A program made the position numbers and the translations under genes. The notes below the pieces were generated by a model, which had not been told where the DNA came from, searched no databases, and worked only from the letters and a program-made list of their open reading frames with translations. Positions 40,601-49,903 of a stretch of DNA of 64,000 nt are shown piece after piece. This DNA is from Elusimicrobiota bacterium (GTDB lineage Bacteria > Elusimicrobiota > Elusimicrobia > UBA1565 > UBA9628). The number at the start of each line of letters is the position of its first letter. The first letter of the stretch is position 1. The stretch covers positions 139,526-203,525 of the forward strand of contig DAHVNA010000001.1 in assembly GCA_027319565.1 (NCBI GenBank), in the 5' to 3' direction.

Positions 40601-41124
40601 TTGTCGGGTCTGGACCATTGCCCCGGCAGCGATCCCTTTTCTCCAAACCAAAAAAGAAACAAGCCGTCGGGAGTGAAGACCTCGATTTTTCTGTTTCCCG
40701 TGTCGGCGACATAGATCCGCCCGTCCGCTCCGATGGCAATGGAGCTGGGGTCGTCAAATTGTCCGGCTCGGGAGCCCGGCATTCCCATGGAGAACAAGAA
40801 TTTGCCGTCGCGATCGTAAGCCCTTAAAACGGAATTGCCGGTATCTGCGACATAAACTTTGTCGTTTGCTACAGCCAGCCCTTCGGGGTAGCGCAAGCGG
40901 GCGGTTTTTTTTGAACTGAGATCGGCGAGTTTGCCGCTCTTGTCATAAACCAAGAGGCGTCCCTTTTCATCAAGGACGTAATATCGGCCTAGGGCGGCGC
41001 GGACGGAAATTGGCTCTTTGGCCTCTGAGACCGAAAAAGAGGGGAGAAAATGAACGGTGTCGTAACTCCATGTGATAGAGGGCAACGCAATGAGCAGATA
41101 GGCGAGGATTGTTTTTGTTTTCAT
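37630..41124 (-). CDS. Exported NHL-propeller / FN3 / transglutaminase-like / TPR protein
   Basis: Multiple P.GLAV...YVADTGN NHL repeats; LSWEPV..YLIYRS..YYYRL FN3; GQCDD..PGH..VPVEST; C-terminal TPRs. Confidence 0.85.
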   Translation of the reverse strand: MKTKTILAYLLIALPSITWSYDTVHFLPSFSVSEAKEPISVRAALGRYYVLDEKGRLLVYDKSGKLADLSSKKTARLRYPEGLAVANDKVYVADTGNSVLRAYDRDGKFLFSMGMPGSRAGQFDDPSSIAIGADGRIYVADTGNRKIEVFTPDGLFLFWFGEKGSLPGQWSRPDKIAVDASDRIYVLDRSNERIEEFDSSAHFLVAIPFNGQDFAVDRYGFIYGISAARGRVTEWGPDGAELGHFGSRGSGAGQFKRLKSIDIAQNGNLVILDGGKKTVDLVSVANKFKIHPIHPSATTKLFPSGPDAIWNFSANPILINQSSTYIYLPKKGKFAVLDSSGNVLSQFGKKGKKDDQTWKATGLALDPTLGLYVSDAPRHRIEHFVSDSSGAWKWDKNIAQPSGWFDGLSKEGRVRKPLGLAVNGAGTVYIADPGNHRVDAYTPDGVFLFSIGPKLGSFELEKPVSVAWDNAGFVYFLDRELKKVFKCNPSGELISSWGEMGEAPGKFEDPIALAFDGENYIYVLDHALKRVSSFSTNGRWIMDFFSGSLIGDPVSLSVDKQVLRISDRLQKHILSFHIHPSLSAPLSISTAAKEGVIELSWEPVKNSWTKDYLIYRSDKRYENFMQIGTTDKNHFTDSSAQSGQVYYYRLATEAKTGDIGTQSRAIKAIDGESANRPKISISSITLSGIFPANYKWYLKNPIGSATITNNSDVPFNDLKLTFQIKNYMDFGYDIRIKKLDSMSSIVVPLIATLNNTILDVTEETPIQAKLTLTYFEKNKKKTISLAQPLTVYSRNAITWQDPRRIANFITPNDTPVFDFEREILNHQENFPDASALNSNVLAAMRLWEALGVYGMQYAENPTNSFEKISTNPNFPIDYAQFPRETLRRKSGQCDDLTTLFISMLDADNVHAAIIDYPGHMAFMFDTRASSWTDAAFPKDSLISYEGTYWVPVESTLIGKSFIDAVRNAAYSYKTESKKGDVHIIDVRKAWETYEPVTMPPTDWKVEIPNMEAVDKFVKENSENLFHAAYRSIRKRLEEKIAENPSLIDPRLALGVWEYEDGNISAAKKSFKSALAISSTSPAAYNDLGNIDFLKRQYHKAESWYKKAALNDPGNPDIWMNFLKTEIHLKNARKVSESAKQIQELDPSYGPSVEILVKNFQEGNP

Positions 41125-41393
41125 GATAACACGAGCATATCAATTTTTTGAGCTTTTTAGTCAATCAAGTCAATCTAAAACCAAAGTATAATGGGAAAAT
41201 CGCGCTTTTTCAAGTGGGGATACTGCTAAAGCGGCGTTGTGGATATCTCCCGGCAACAAAAAGGAATCTTCCTTAGCTTCGGTCTAATGGACCGCTGAAT
41301 TAAGCCAACCGCGTTTGCGGGCTTCTAGGATTTCGGCGGTATAGGCCTCTTTTAGTTTGCCCAATCTGCCTGCTATTGAGTATGATAGGCTGA

Positions 41394-42398
41394 GTGTTTG
41401 AGTGGAAGAAAAAGCGGGAGTATCCGCGCTATCGGGCTTGTTGTTTTATCATTGCTGGAGTTTTCTGTTGGAGCGGGTTTGGGTCCGCCCAAAAACTCAG
41501 AGCCGCGCCCGCGACATTCATTACGGCGCTACCGGTTTCTCAAGATCAACTCCTAGCTCGCTTTTCCTTTAACCCCACCTTGAGCTCAAATCCCTCCGCT
41601 CCCTCCGGAGGAACGCAACTCAACAATTATCAATTTCCCGAAACCTTTCTCTATGGTTTGACCGATAAAATCGCTCTAGCTTTGGACACCCGGCAAGGCT
41701 TTAGTTCCATGCAGGAGGGTTTGCCCCAGGGAAGTCAAAGTCTCAGCGCTAGCGGTTTTGGAGACACTCTTGTCTTTGCCCGCTATACGCTTTTGGATTG
41801 GGATTATCCCGGCAGCACGTTTCGCATCGCTCCTTTGGTGGGGGCTTATTTACCGACCGGGTATTACCGTCAGTCCAATAGCGCCGGGCCCTTGCCCTTG
41901 GCTCTTCAAAATGGATCAGGGTCGGTGGATTCTTTTTTAGGGCTGACGGCCGCGTTTTACAATCGCAATTACGGATTTAGCTGGGACGCGACTTGGCGGC
42001 ATAATCTTCCGGCTTCCGGCGGCTTTGACCTGGGCGATGAATATAGAACGGATGGAGAATTCGAGTGGAGGCTTTTGCCGCGTTCTCTTCCCAGTTCTTA
42101 TCTGCCTAACGAGCTTTGGGGGGTTATTGAGACCAACTGTATTTGGAACAATCGCAGCGTCGTTAGCGGTAGTTTGGACAGCGCCTCTGGCGGGTTTTCC
42201 TGGCTCTTCTGGTCCGGCGTTGATTACGCGACCTTGCATTGGGAATTGGGCGCCGAAGTGGGAGTTCCGGTGATCCAAAATTTAAATGGGCCCGGGGCCA
42301 TTGATCAGATCGTGTCTTTTCGCCTGTTTTATGAATATTATCTCGCCATGCCTTCTTGGAGAGAAAAGAAAAAGTCTCGTCCCAGTTTGGGGATATGA
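41394..42398 (+). CDS. Putative outer-membrane transporter/porin-like protein
   Basis: Signal-like N-terminus; SGFGD..FARY, LPTG, QNGSGSVD motifs typical of this barrel family. Confidence 0.6.
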   Translation: MFEWKKKREYPRYRACCFIIAGVFCWSGFGSAQKLRAAPATFITALPVSQDQLLARFSFNPTLSSNPSAPSGGTQLNNYQFPETFLYGLTDKIALALDTRQGFSSMQEGLPQGSQSLSASGFGDTLVFARYTLLDWDYPGSTFRIAPLVGAYLPTGYYRQSNSAGPLPLALQNGSGSVDSFLGLTAAFYNRNYGFSWDATWRHNLPASGGFDLGDEYRTDGEFEWRLLPRSLPSSYLPNELWGVIETNCIWNNRSVVSGSLDSASGGFSWLFWSGVDYATLHWELGAEVGVPVIQNLNGPGAIDQIVSFRLFYEYYLAMPSWREKKKSRPSLGI

Positions 42399-42838
42399 AA
42401 AAATATTTGAATGCGCTCATCTGCCTAGTTTTCGCGAGTTTCTGCGCGGCAGAGTCTTCAGCGCTTTACGCGCAGGCGTCTTCCGCCCTTCAACAAACGA
42501 GCGAACAAACCGTTTTGCGCGCGACCATGGGAATCCGGGGAGTTTTCTCTCCGCGAGGGTTTTTTAATATAGAGGTGCGCCTAGATCAGCTTCAAGGCCT
42601 TAATCGCTATAAATTCGATCTCCGCGATTCTCTGGCGATTCTCGATTTTAAGCCCGGAGTGGTCGTCAGTTCCTCCACTCTCCAAGAAGTGATGATCAAG
42701 GCGGGATATCGCCCGGGGCCGGTTCAGATGGAGAAATTGCCTTTGAGCCGGGTTAAAGACAAAGGCCGCGGTTGGATGAGTCCGCCCAAAGCGGATTCGC
42801 GTTGGGCCTTTATCCGTTGGCTTGAGCTTAATTTTTAG
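42395..42838 (+). CDS. Exported HMA-fold-like protein lacking CxxC
   Basis: ATG 42395 coupled to previous stop; IRGVFSPRG..IEVRLDQLQGL...DL...L.EVMIKAGY pattern. Confidence 0.55.
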   Translation: MKKYLNALICLVFASFCAAESSALYAQASSALQQTSEQTVLRATMGIRGVFSPRGFFNIEVRLDQLQGLNRYKFDLRDSLAILDFKPGVVVSSSTLQEVMIKAGYRPGPVQMEKLPLSRVKDKGRGWMSPPKADSRWAFIRWLELNF

Positions 42839-42902
42839 CGCTCGGCCCTTTTTAGCCCCAAGGGTTTTAACAAAACAAAATTTAAATGGTATTCTGTTTA
42901 AA

Positions 42903-43958
42903 ATGTCTTTTGAACATTTCCTAATCCGGTGGAAAAAATGGGGGCCTATCCGCTGGGGCTTTTTTTTCTTTCCCGCGCTATTTTTTTCATCCATCTCCTG
43001 GGCTTTAAGCGGGCCTCCCGTAACCTGGAAAAGTCCGCCTCTTGATTTTGCCGCCGTTGATTTTGTTGCCGGTAATTTTATCGGCGGAGAGTCTTTTCAG
43101 CTGGCGCTGGCTTCTACTCGAAAAATATTTCTTTATTCCTACCCTGTTGTTTCATCCTCTCCGGTCGCGGTCTATGTCATGCCGGAAAGTCAATCCCGAA
43201 TTTTATCTTTAGAGGCCTCGCCTTTGGGCCCGGGGTCTAAAGCGAAACTTTTCGTCACCTATTACGATGGAGCCTTGGGGCAGGTCGGAACCCGGGTATT
43301 TGAATTTTCATTGTCTCAAAAGATTTGGAAGCCTCTGGCCCAAATTCCATATATCGTCCGCGGAATCGGCGGCGCCGGTCCCGGTGCGCTTTTTTGCCAA
43401 CAGCTTTTGGACAACGGCTCATTTCCTCTCTCTGCGATCTATCCGCTGACTTATAAAGAAGGTTATTCTTCAGCTGATAAAAGTTATGGCCGGGCTTTAT
43501 CGCGCTGGCTTTATTCCCAAACCGTGGTTCATATAAAAGGCCAAGATTTTTTTGCGGCGATTGTTTCGGGAAATCGCCTTGAGATTTCTTCTCAAGGGAA
43601 AGAATGGACCATTCCGGGCTCATATGGGCAATCTCCCAACCGCCTGAGATGGCCTGTTTCGAGCTCGCATATATTTGAGTTTTCTCCTCGAATTTTATTT
43701 AAAAAAGGGCTTTTGTTCGTGGTCAAAAACGAGTCCCGCTGGGGATTTCTCGCCGAGTCATTTGGGCTTTTTGATCGCGGGAAGATTTCTTCTCTTAAGT
43801 GGCGAGACGAAGATTTTGAGAGAAATTGGACTGAGGGTCTTCCGGGAGTCGTTTCCGATATTGATTGGGTCTATCCTTCGGGTTCAAAGTCGCCGCAACT
43901 CATCGCCTTGTGGACAGGCTCTTCCAGAAAAACGCATCTATGGGCATTCAATCTTTAA
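42903..43958 (+). CDS. Exported beta-rich hypothetical protein
   Basis: Signal ..SSISWA; start chosen at ATG 42903 following TG-N-TATTCT. Confidence 0.65.
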   Translation: MSFEHFLIRWKKWGPIRWGFFFFPALFFSSISWALSGPPVTWKSPPLDFAAVDFVAGNFIGGESFQLALASTRKIFLYSYPVVSSSPVAVYVMPESQSRILSLEASPLGPGSKAKLFVTYYDGALGQVGTRVFEFSLSQKIWKPLAQIPYIVRGIGGAGPGALFCQQLLDNGSFPLSAIYPLTYKEGYSSADKSYGRALSRWLYSQTVVHIKGQDFFAAIVSGNRLEISSQGKEWTIPGSYGQSPNRLRWPVSSSHIFEFSPRILFKKGLLFVVKNESRWGFLAESFGLFDRGKISSLKWRDEDFERNWTEGLPGVVSDIDWVYPSGSKSPQLIALWTGSSRKTHLWAFNL

Positions 43959-44893
43959 TTTTGCTGAGCGCTTGCGCCTTAAGCCTTCAAGCGGCAGTTC
44001 CGCCGCTTCCGCCGCCAAGTTTTGGAGAGGCCGCCTTTGGCGTTTTGGTTTTGGAAGAGGGAAACGCTCCGCAATGGACCGAGACCACGCGGCAGATTAA
44101 AACCGCCTTTATGGCGCGCTTTCCGGTCGCCTTCGCTTTCGGTTTGGCGGACCCAGACGATATGCAGCATGGAATCGACCAATTAGAAGCCCGCAGGGTC
44201 AAAAAAATCGTCGTCGTTCCTCTCTTTTATTCTTCGCAAGCCAGCGTCATCAAACAAGTTCGGTATTTACTAGGAATCGGAAAAAATCCGTCCCAGAGCC
44301 TTTTTAAAACCTATCAGGATTTGGCGGGGCCGCCACAGAAACGTTTGGAAATTCATGTTCCCGTCGTTTTAACCCCGACTTTAGACTCATCTTCCGTGCT
44401 TGAAAAAATCCTCTTGAGCCGAATACTTTCCCTGCGCCTGAGCCGAAAAGGACAGAATCTGGTCGTTATCTCCGAAGAACCCGATTCTTCCCGGGCCGCG
44501 AAAAATTGGAAAGAAGTCCTGAGCCGCTTGGCCGTTCAAATTGGGCGGCGGGCGGGATTTAAATCGGCCCAGGTATTTTTACTCAGCGAGGGGGATAGCC
44601 AGGATAAAACGGCGCTTTCCGAAAAAATGTTCAGAGAAAGCATTGAGAAACTGCGCCTTAGCGGACCGGTTTTTATTCTCTCTACGGAATTGGCTGCGGA
44701 TTTGTTGACGCAGAGGCTTTCCAGGATTCTTTCCGGGCTTTTAGTTGGCTATAATGGGAAGACGCTTTTGCCGAATCCGTTGATTGCGCCGTGGGTTTTG
44801 AAAATGGCGCAGGAAGGCGCTCAGATGGGCGATATGCGCAAATATAAAGAAAAGGGAAATACAGGCTTTATGAATTTCCCGAAGATCCGATGA
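43940..44893 (+). CDS. Exported CbiX/SirB chelatase-fold protein, metal-ligand His apparently absent
   Basis: Signal peptide; AFGLAD...GIDQLEARRVKKIVVVPLF, LLPNPLIAPWV. Confidence 0.65.
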   Translation: MGIQSLILLSACALSLQAAVPPLPPPSFGEAAFGVLVLEEGNAPQWTETTRQIKTAFMARFPVAFAFGLADPDDMQHGIDQLEARRVKKIVVVPLFYSSQASVIKQVRYLLGIGKNPSQSLFKTYQDLAGPPQKRLEIHVPVVLTPTLDSSSVLEKILLSRILSLRLSRKGQNLVVISEEPDSSRAAKNWKEVLSRLAVQIGRRAGFKSAQVFLLSEGDSQDKTALSEKMFRESIEKLRLSGPVFILSTELAADLLTQRLSRILSGLLVGYNGKTLLPNPLIAPWVLKMAQEGAQMGDMRKYKEKGNTGFMNFPKIR

Positions 44894-44906
44894 GGAGGGC
44901 GTTTTA

Positions 44907-45638
44907 ATGGGTATTGATGAGGGGATGCCGGTCTTGGATCGCGGTTTTGTCCGATTGGTTGATTTCATGGGCGGAGATCTGGCGGTGGTTCAGTCCGCGC
45001 GGGTCTCTTATGCCGCGGAATCTAAAGGCGAAGAGGCGGATCGAAAACTGATCAACTATCTTTTAAAGAACGATCATATGACGCCCTTTGAACAATCGGT
45101 TTTTAAATTTCACGTCTCCTGCCCGATTTTTGTCATGAGGCAATGGATTCGCCACCGGATGGCTTCTTATAATGAGATCTCCGGCCGATACACGGAGGTG
45201 AAAGACGAGTTTTATATTCCCACGGTTTGGCGCGGGCAAGACATGAAAAATAAGCAAGGCTCGGTTTCCGCCAATGTTCCGAATGAGGAGTTAACCCGAT
45301 TGCTGGATTCCCAGGTTCGGGCCTGTTATGAAACTTATCAGAAACTCTTGAAATTAGGTGCGGCCCGGGAGATGGCAAGAATGATTCTCCCGCTCAATGG
45401 CTACACGCAGTTTTATTGGACCATCAACGCTCGCAGTTTGATGAATTTTGTCTCTCTGAGGGCGGACGCGCACGCCCAGTGGGAAATTCAAAAATACGCG
45501 GAAGCTCTCGCCTCTTTTTTCGAGGCAAAAATGCCGTGGACTTTTTCCGCCTTCTTGGGGCATGTTTGGAAAGGCGCTAACCCCATTTTAGATGAGCGCA
45601 AGCGGCAGTTAAGTCCGGAGTTGACCTTGAAGGCATGA
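44907..45638 (+). CDS. thyX: FAD-dependent thymidylate synthase
   Basis: ARVSY, HMTPFE, RQWIRHRMASYNEISGRY, AQWEI. Confidence 0.97.
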   Translation: MGIDEGMPVLDRGFVRLVDFMGGDLAVVQSARVSYAAESKGEEADRKLINYLLKNDHMTPFEQSVFKFHVSCPIFVMRQWIRHRMASYNEISGRYTEVKDEFYIPTVWRGQDMKNKQGSVSANVPNEELTRLLDSQVRACYETYQKLLKLGAAREMARMILPLNGYTQFYWTINARSLMNFVSLRADAHAQWEIQKYAEALASFFEAKMPWTFSAFLGHVWKGANPILDERKRQLSPELTLKA

Positions 45639-46669
45639 ATTTTTTGTTGGCCCCTTGTCTGGCCTTTTTTTCCTCTTCGCTTTTTGCCCAAAGCGTCGCC
45701 GTTGCTCGGTTGTCGGATATTACCATCCCGGCTCAAGGCTTGATTGTCTTTAAACAACAAGAAAAATTGAAGGCTTCTTTCGATGGCCGAGTTGAAACGG
45801 TGAACGCCCAAGAACAGACATGGGTCAAGGCTGGCCAGCCTTTGGCGTATCTAGCGGATATCAAAACGGCGGCTTTGTTGGATTATAGAGGAATGACTCC
45901 CAAACAAGCGGTGTTGGACCGCTGGAAATCGGTCTATTCTCTTATGAAGGTGGATTGTCCTCAAGATTGCCTTATTATTCGCCGCTTTGTTTCAGAGGGG
46001 CAGCGTATTAAAACCGGAGATCCCTTATTTCAGGTGTCTTATCGATTGGCCTTGGTAGGTAAAATCCCTCCAGAATATGCGCGTTATGTGAAAGATGGAC
46101 AGGATTTGCTTTTCTGGCCCGCTTCCAATTCGCTCAAAAAAAAGAAAACCTTGATTCAAAATTATTCTCTCAATCAAACGGTGTCGCCGCCAACGGGCGT
46201 TTTTACCAGTTTCATTCCTGTTCGGCATTATCCCCAGGAGCTTCAATGGGCGGGACGCATTACTTTGGCTCACGACGTATTGGCGGTTCCAACTTCCTCG
46301 TTGATTGCCTATCAAGGGAAAGTTTTTCTGCCGATGGAGGTCGTTAGCGGGATTACGACGAAGGAATTGACGGAAATAAAAGCCTCGGAGGCGGTCACGG
46401 ATCATAGTCCGATTTTAATCCTAAAAGATGTTGAGCTCAATAAAGCCTTTCGATACGATCCCAAACATGCCTTGTCTTTAATGCCGGCCATTTCAACGGC
46501 GCCGGCCGTTTCCCAATCTCCCACCTCTCGGGCCGCATCCGCGCCTCAGGCCGCAAGCCCGAAGAAACCCCAAGGCCCTTCTTTTTGGGAAAGGTTAAAA
46601 GCGGTGAAGCCTTTGCCGTCCCGCAATCAACAGAGGCAATCCGATTCGGATGAAGATTATGGCAATTGA
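45635..46669 (+). CDS. Membrane-fusion (HlyD-like) adaptor-like exported protein
   Basis: Lipoyl-like halves KASFDGRVETV..VKAGQPLA and VSEGQRIKTGDPLF; LAVPTSSL. Confidence 0.6.
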   Translation: MNFLLAPCLAFFSSSLFAQSVAVARLSDITIPAQGLIVFKQQEKLKASFDGRVETVNAQEQTWVKAGQPLAYLADIKTAALLDYRGMTPKQAVLDRWKSVYSLMKVDCPQDCLIIRRFVSEGQRIKTGDPLFQVSYRLALVGKIPPEYARYVKDGQDLLFWPASNSLKKKKTLIQNYSLNQTVSPPTGVFTSFIPVRHYPQELQWAGRITLAHDVLAVPTSSLIAYQGKVFLPMEVVSGITTKELTEIKASEAVTDHSPILILKDVELNKAFRYDPKHALSLMPAISTAPAVSQSPTSRAASAPQAASPKKPQGPSFWERLKAVKPLPSRNQQRQSDSDEDYGN

Positions 46670-47891
46670 ACCAACCAAGCGCGTTCTAGCTCTCATTTTG
46701 GCCGGAGGCCGCGGGGAAAGGCTTTATCCATTGACGGTCAGCCGTCCGAAGCCCTCGGTTCCCTTTGGGGCGAAACATCGAATTGTCGATTTCGTGCTGT
46801 CTAACTGCATCAATTCCGGAGTGCAGTCTATTTATGTTTTAGTCCAATACATGTCTCAAAGCTTGATTGAATACCTGCGCTCAAGCTGGCGCACCGTGGG
46901 CCTGACTCGCGATCAATTCATCGCCTTGGTCCCGCCTCAGATGCGTCTGGGACAAAATTGGTATCAAGGGACCGCCGATGCGGTGCGCCAAAATCTTAAT
47001 TTAATCTACGATTTCGATCCTGATATCGTCGCGGTGTTTGGTTCAGACCATATTTACCGCATGGACATTGGGCAGATGATTCACTTTCATTTAAAAAGAG
47101 AAGCCGATATTACGGTGTCGGCTATTCCCGTTCCTATTGAGCGTTCCCAAGGATTTGGAATCATAGAAGCCGACGAGGAAGGAAAAATTCTGTCTTTCGT
47201 TGAAAAGCCAAAGATCGCAAAGCCGATGCCGACGGATCCGTCCCGGGCCTACGCCTCAATGGGCAATTACTTATTTTCAACCGAGGCTTTGCTTTCGGTC
47301 CTTTCCGATAAGACCTTGGGGGCGGGAGCGGAATTTGACTTCGGAAAATCCATTCTGCCAGTCATCCATAAAAAAATGCGCACCTATGCATATGATTTCT
47401 CCCTCAATATTCTTCCGGGTCTTAAATCTCATGAGGAAAAGGCTTATTGGCGGGACGTGGGCACGATTGAAAGCTTCTATCAGTCCCATATGGATATTTT
47501 AGGAGAGTTCCCGCGTTTTGATTTAAATAATCACCGCTGGCCGATTCATTCCGAGCGCCATGACGGGCCTCCGGCGAGAATTTTAGACGGGCGGCTTCTC
47601 AACTCGGTGATTGGAGACGGGGCTCTTATCGAAAAATCAAGCATTGCCAATTCTATTTTAGGCCGAGGCGTTGAAATTGAAGAGGGCGCCATTATTGAAG
47701 ATTCCATTATCATGGATTTTTGCCACATCGGCAAAGGTTCTCGGCTTAAACGGGTCATTGTGGACCGATTTAATACCGTTGCCGCTCAATCGGTGATTGG
47801 ACATGACCGCGAGAAAGACTCCCAGCTTTATTTTGTCGATTCTTCGGGTCTAGTCGTCATTCCCCGAGGCAAAACTCCGGGCCGGGTTTAG
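46650..47891 (+). CDS. glgC: Glucose-1-phosphate adenylyltransferase
   Basis: [37 protein letters not shown]. Confidence 0.97.
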   Translation: MKIMAIEPTKRVLALILAGGRGERLYPLTVSRPKPSVPFGAKHRIVDFVLSNCINSGVQSIYVLVQYMSQSLIEYLRSSWRTVGLTRDQFIALVPPQMRLGQNWYQGTADAVRQNLNLIYDFDPDIVAVFGSDHIYRMDIGQMIHFHLKREADITVSAIPVPIERSQGFGIIEADEEGKILSFVEKPKIAKPMPTDPSRAYASMGNYLFSTEALLSVLSDKTLGAGAEFDFGKSILPVIHKKMRTYAYDFSLNILPGLKSHEEKAYWRDVGTIESFYQSHMDILGEFPRFDLNNHRWPIHSERHDGPPARILDGRLLNSVIGDGALIEKSSIANSILGRGVEIEEGAIIEDSIIMDFCHIGKGSRLKRVIVDRFNTVAAQSVIGHDREKDSQLYFVDSSGLVVIPRGKTPGRV

Positions 47892-47893
47892 AG

Positions 47894-48847
47894 ATGATTA
47901 AAAAGAAAATTCAGATTCGATCGGCGGAAGAGGCGGTCGGACTTTTAGGCGAGGCCGATTCGGCTTTAAGGGAGATGCAGGGTCATTACGGCGTTCAACT
48001 TTTTTTGCGGCAAGATTCCGATTCCGAAGAATTGGCGTTGTGGGTTAAAGGCAATGCGACTCGGGTAGAGAGAGCGATGAAAAAAATTAGGCAGAAACTA
48101 AGCGATTTGCGCGGCGAAACCGAAGGCCCAGATTCTCCTTCTGGGTTTTCCCGCGAACATATTTTGACTGGGGCCGACCAAGAGGCTTACCGGACCTCTT
48201 TTGGAAAAATGATTTCTCCCCGGACTCCCAATCAGGGGCGCTATATCGAAGCGATTGAAAATCATGATTTGGTTTTTGGAATCGGTCCGGCGGGAACCGG
48301 TAAAACCTTTTTAGCCGTTGCCTGCGCGCTCAAAGCCCTCGATATGCGGCAAATTCAGCGCATTGTCGTTACCCGGCCGGTGGTCGAGGCCGGAGAAAAG
48401 CTAGGCTTTTTGCCTGGGGACCTTTTAGAGAAAGTGGATCCCTATCTCAGGCCAATTTATGATTCATTTTATTCGCTCTTGGGCCCCGAACGTTTTCGCA
48501 TGTGGCGGGAGACGGAAGTCCTTGAAATCGTCCCTTTGGCTTATATGCGCGGGCGCACGTTTGAGAACGCCTTTATTATTTTAGATGAGGCTCAAAATAC
48601 CACGCCGGAACAAATGAAGATGTTTTTGACTCGCATGGGCCAAGGATCGAAGGCTGTCGTGACCGGAGATATTACGCAGACCGATTTGACTTCAATTAAA
48701 GCCTCGGGGCTCGTCCAGATTCTGGAAATTCTTAAAAATGTAGAGGGAATCGTGTTTCATCAGTTTGGACAGGAAGACGTCATTCGCCATCCGCTGATCA
48801 AAAATATCCTCAACGCATATGAAAAGTGGGAAAAGCGTCATTGCTAG
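47894..48847 (+). CDS. phoH: PhoH-like ATPase
   Basis: [34 protein letters not shown]. Confidence 0.95.
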   Translation: MIKKKIQIRSAEEAVGLLGEADSALREMQGHYGVQLFLRQDSDSEELALWVKGNATRVERAMKKIRQKLSDLRGETEGPDSPSGFSREHILTGADQEAYRTSFGKMISPRTPNQGRYIEAIENHDLVFGIGPAGTGKTFLAVACALKALDMRQIQRIVVTRPVVEAGEKLGFLPGDLLEKVDPYLRPIYDSFYSLLGPERFRMWRETEVLEIVPLAYMRGRTFENAFIILDEAQNTTPEQMKMFLTRMGQGSKAVVTGDITQTDLTSIKASGLVQILEILKNVEGIVFHQFGQEDVIRHPLIKNILNAYEKWEKRHC

Positions 48848-48902
48848 GCCCCGACTTCCATCGGTGATGAATTATAAAAGAATTTGTGAACCACTGCGTT
48901 AG
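48836..48902. repeat. Degenerate REP/MITE remnant between phoH and ybeY
   Basis: CGTCATTGCTAGGCCCCGAC..TCGG plus AATTTGTGAACCACTGCGTTAG, whose reverse complement resembles the left end of the element at 17939. Confidence 0.5.
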
Positions 48903-48908
48903 AACAGA

Positions 48909-49328
48909 ATGAAAATTTCCGTGTTTAAAACTGGGCTTTTGCCCGCTTCGGCCCGAAAGACCGAGAAGTTCCGCTTGGCCGCTCATCTTGCCTTGGGTAA
49001 AGCCGGTCAAGAGAAGGGCAGTCTCAATATTATTTTCATGAATTCAAGAGAAATGCGCTCTCTCAATAAAGAATTTCTCGGCCATGATTATGACACCGAC
49101 GTCATTTCTTTTCCCTACGATGAAAAGCCCGCTTTTGGAGATATTTTTGTTTCCGTGCCTCAGGCGCGGCGGCAGGCCAGCGAAGTGGGGCATCCCCTTT
49201 TGCGCGAAATTCTCACCTTGATTATTCACGGGGTTTTGCATTTAAGAGGCTATCGCGATGACAAACCCGCGCTTAAGAAAAAGATGTTTAAAGAACAGGA
49301 TCGCCTGCTGGGATTGTTGAACATTTAA
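48909..49328 (+). CDS. ybeY: rRNA maturation endoribonuclease YbeY
   Basis: TDVISF, GDIFVS, HGVLHLRGY. Confidence 0.93.
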   Translation: MKISVFKTGLLPASARKTEKFRLAAHLALGKAGQEKGSLNIIFMNSREMRSLNKEFLGHDYDTDVISFPYDEKPAFGDIFVSVPQARRQASEVGHPLLREILTLIIHGVLHLRGYRDDKPALKKKMFKEQDRLLGLLNI

Positions 49329-49486
49329 TTTTTTTCTTTCATCTGTCCGGACAGCCGACATCAACGCCTCCTTCTGTCTTTTTTCATCATTCTGGCAGTT
49401 GGTAAAACCCGCAAAGACCCATTGATGGAGCGGAAAAATGGGGCTACACTCTTTGGGTTGCGCGTTTTCGCGGAAGGGAGCCTCGC

Positions 49487-49903
49487 ATGAGAAAAATATT
49501 GTTTTCAGCCGCCAAAATTCTCCCCGCTAATTCCGGCGAAACAATTAACTCCAAAAATTCCAACAGGAGGCGATCAATGATTCAGAGATTAATGACGACT
49601 CCAATCAATAAAACAGTAAGGACGTAGATACGCCTTGCGGCAATTCTCGTGGCGGGCTTCCTGATAGCGGGAAATTATCAAGGATTTATCGCTCCCATAT
49701 CCGATTGGATTGAAATACACATTCCTCACTGGGCCGCAAACGCAGATGTAATCATTGTGTCTTTATTCCCTATTACTCTTGAGTTGCCAAGGGACTCGGA
49801 AGCATCTTACTTGGCCGTCGTGATGTTTTCTCCTTTTATACTCATTTATGAGCCATGTTCCAGAATAGCGCTGAATTATCTCAATGGGGGAACGTCAGCG
49901 TGA
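49487..49903 (+). pseudogene. Small membrane protein gene interrupted by an in-frame TAG (49625)
   Basis: ATG 49487, ATG 49577 (AGGAGG RBS) and the 49649..49903 ORF share one frame with a single TAG between them; upstream TTGATG-17-TACACT. Confidence 0.4.

Noticed and set aside
41187..41393. Cobalamin riboswitch upstream of the CbiX-like cluster
   Set aside because: I could not find the B12-box or the other conserved elements.
44907..48847. thyX and phoH as prophage markers
   Set aside because: They are embedded with glgC and ybeY in a housekeeping operon with no phage genes nearby.
49625..49627. TAG recoding (pyrrolysine or alternative genetic code)
   Set aside because: TAG terminates conserved genes in this window (ruvB, glgC, coxB) and no pyl genes are visible.
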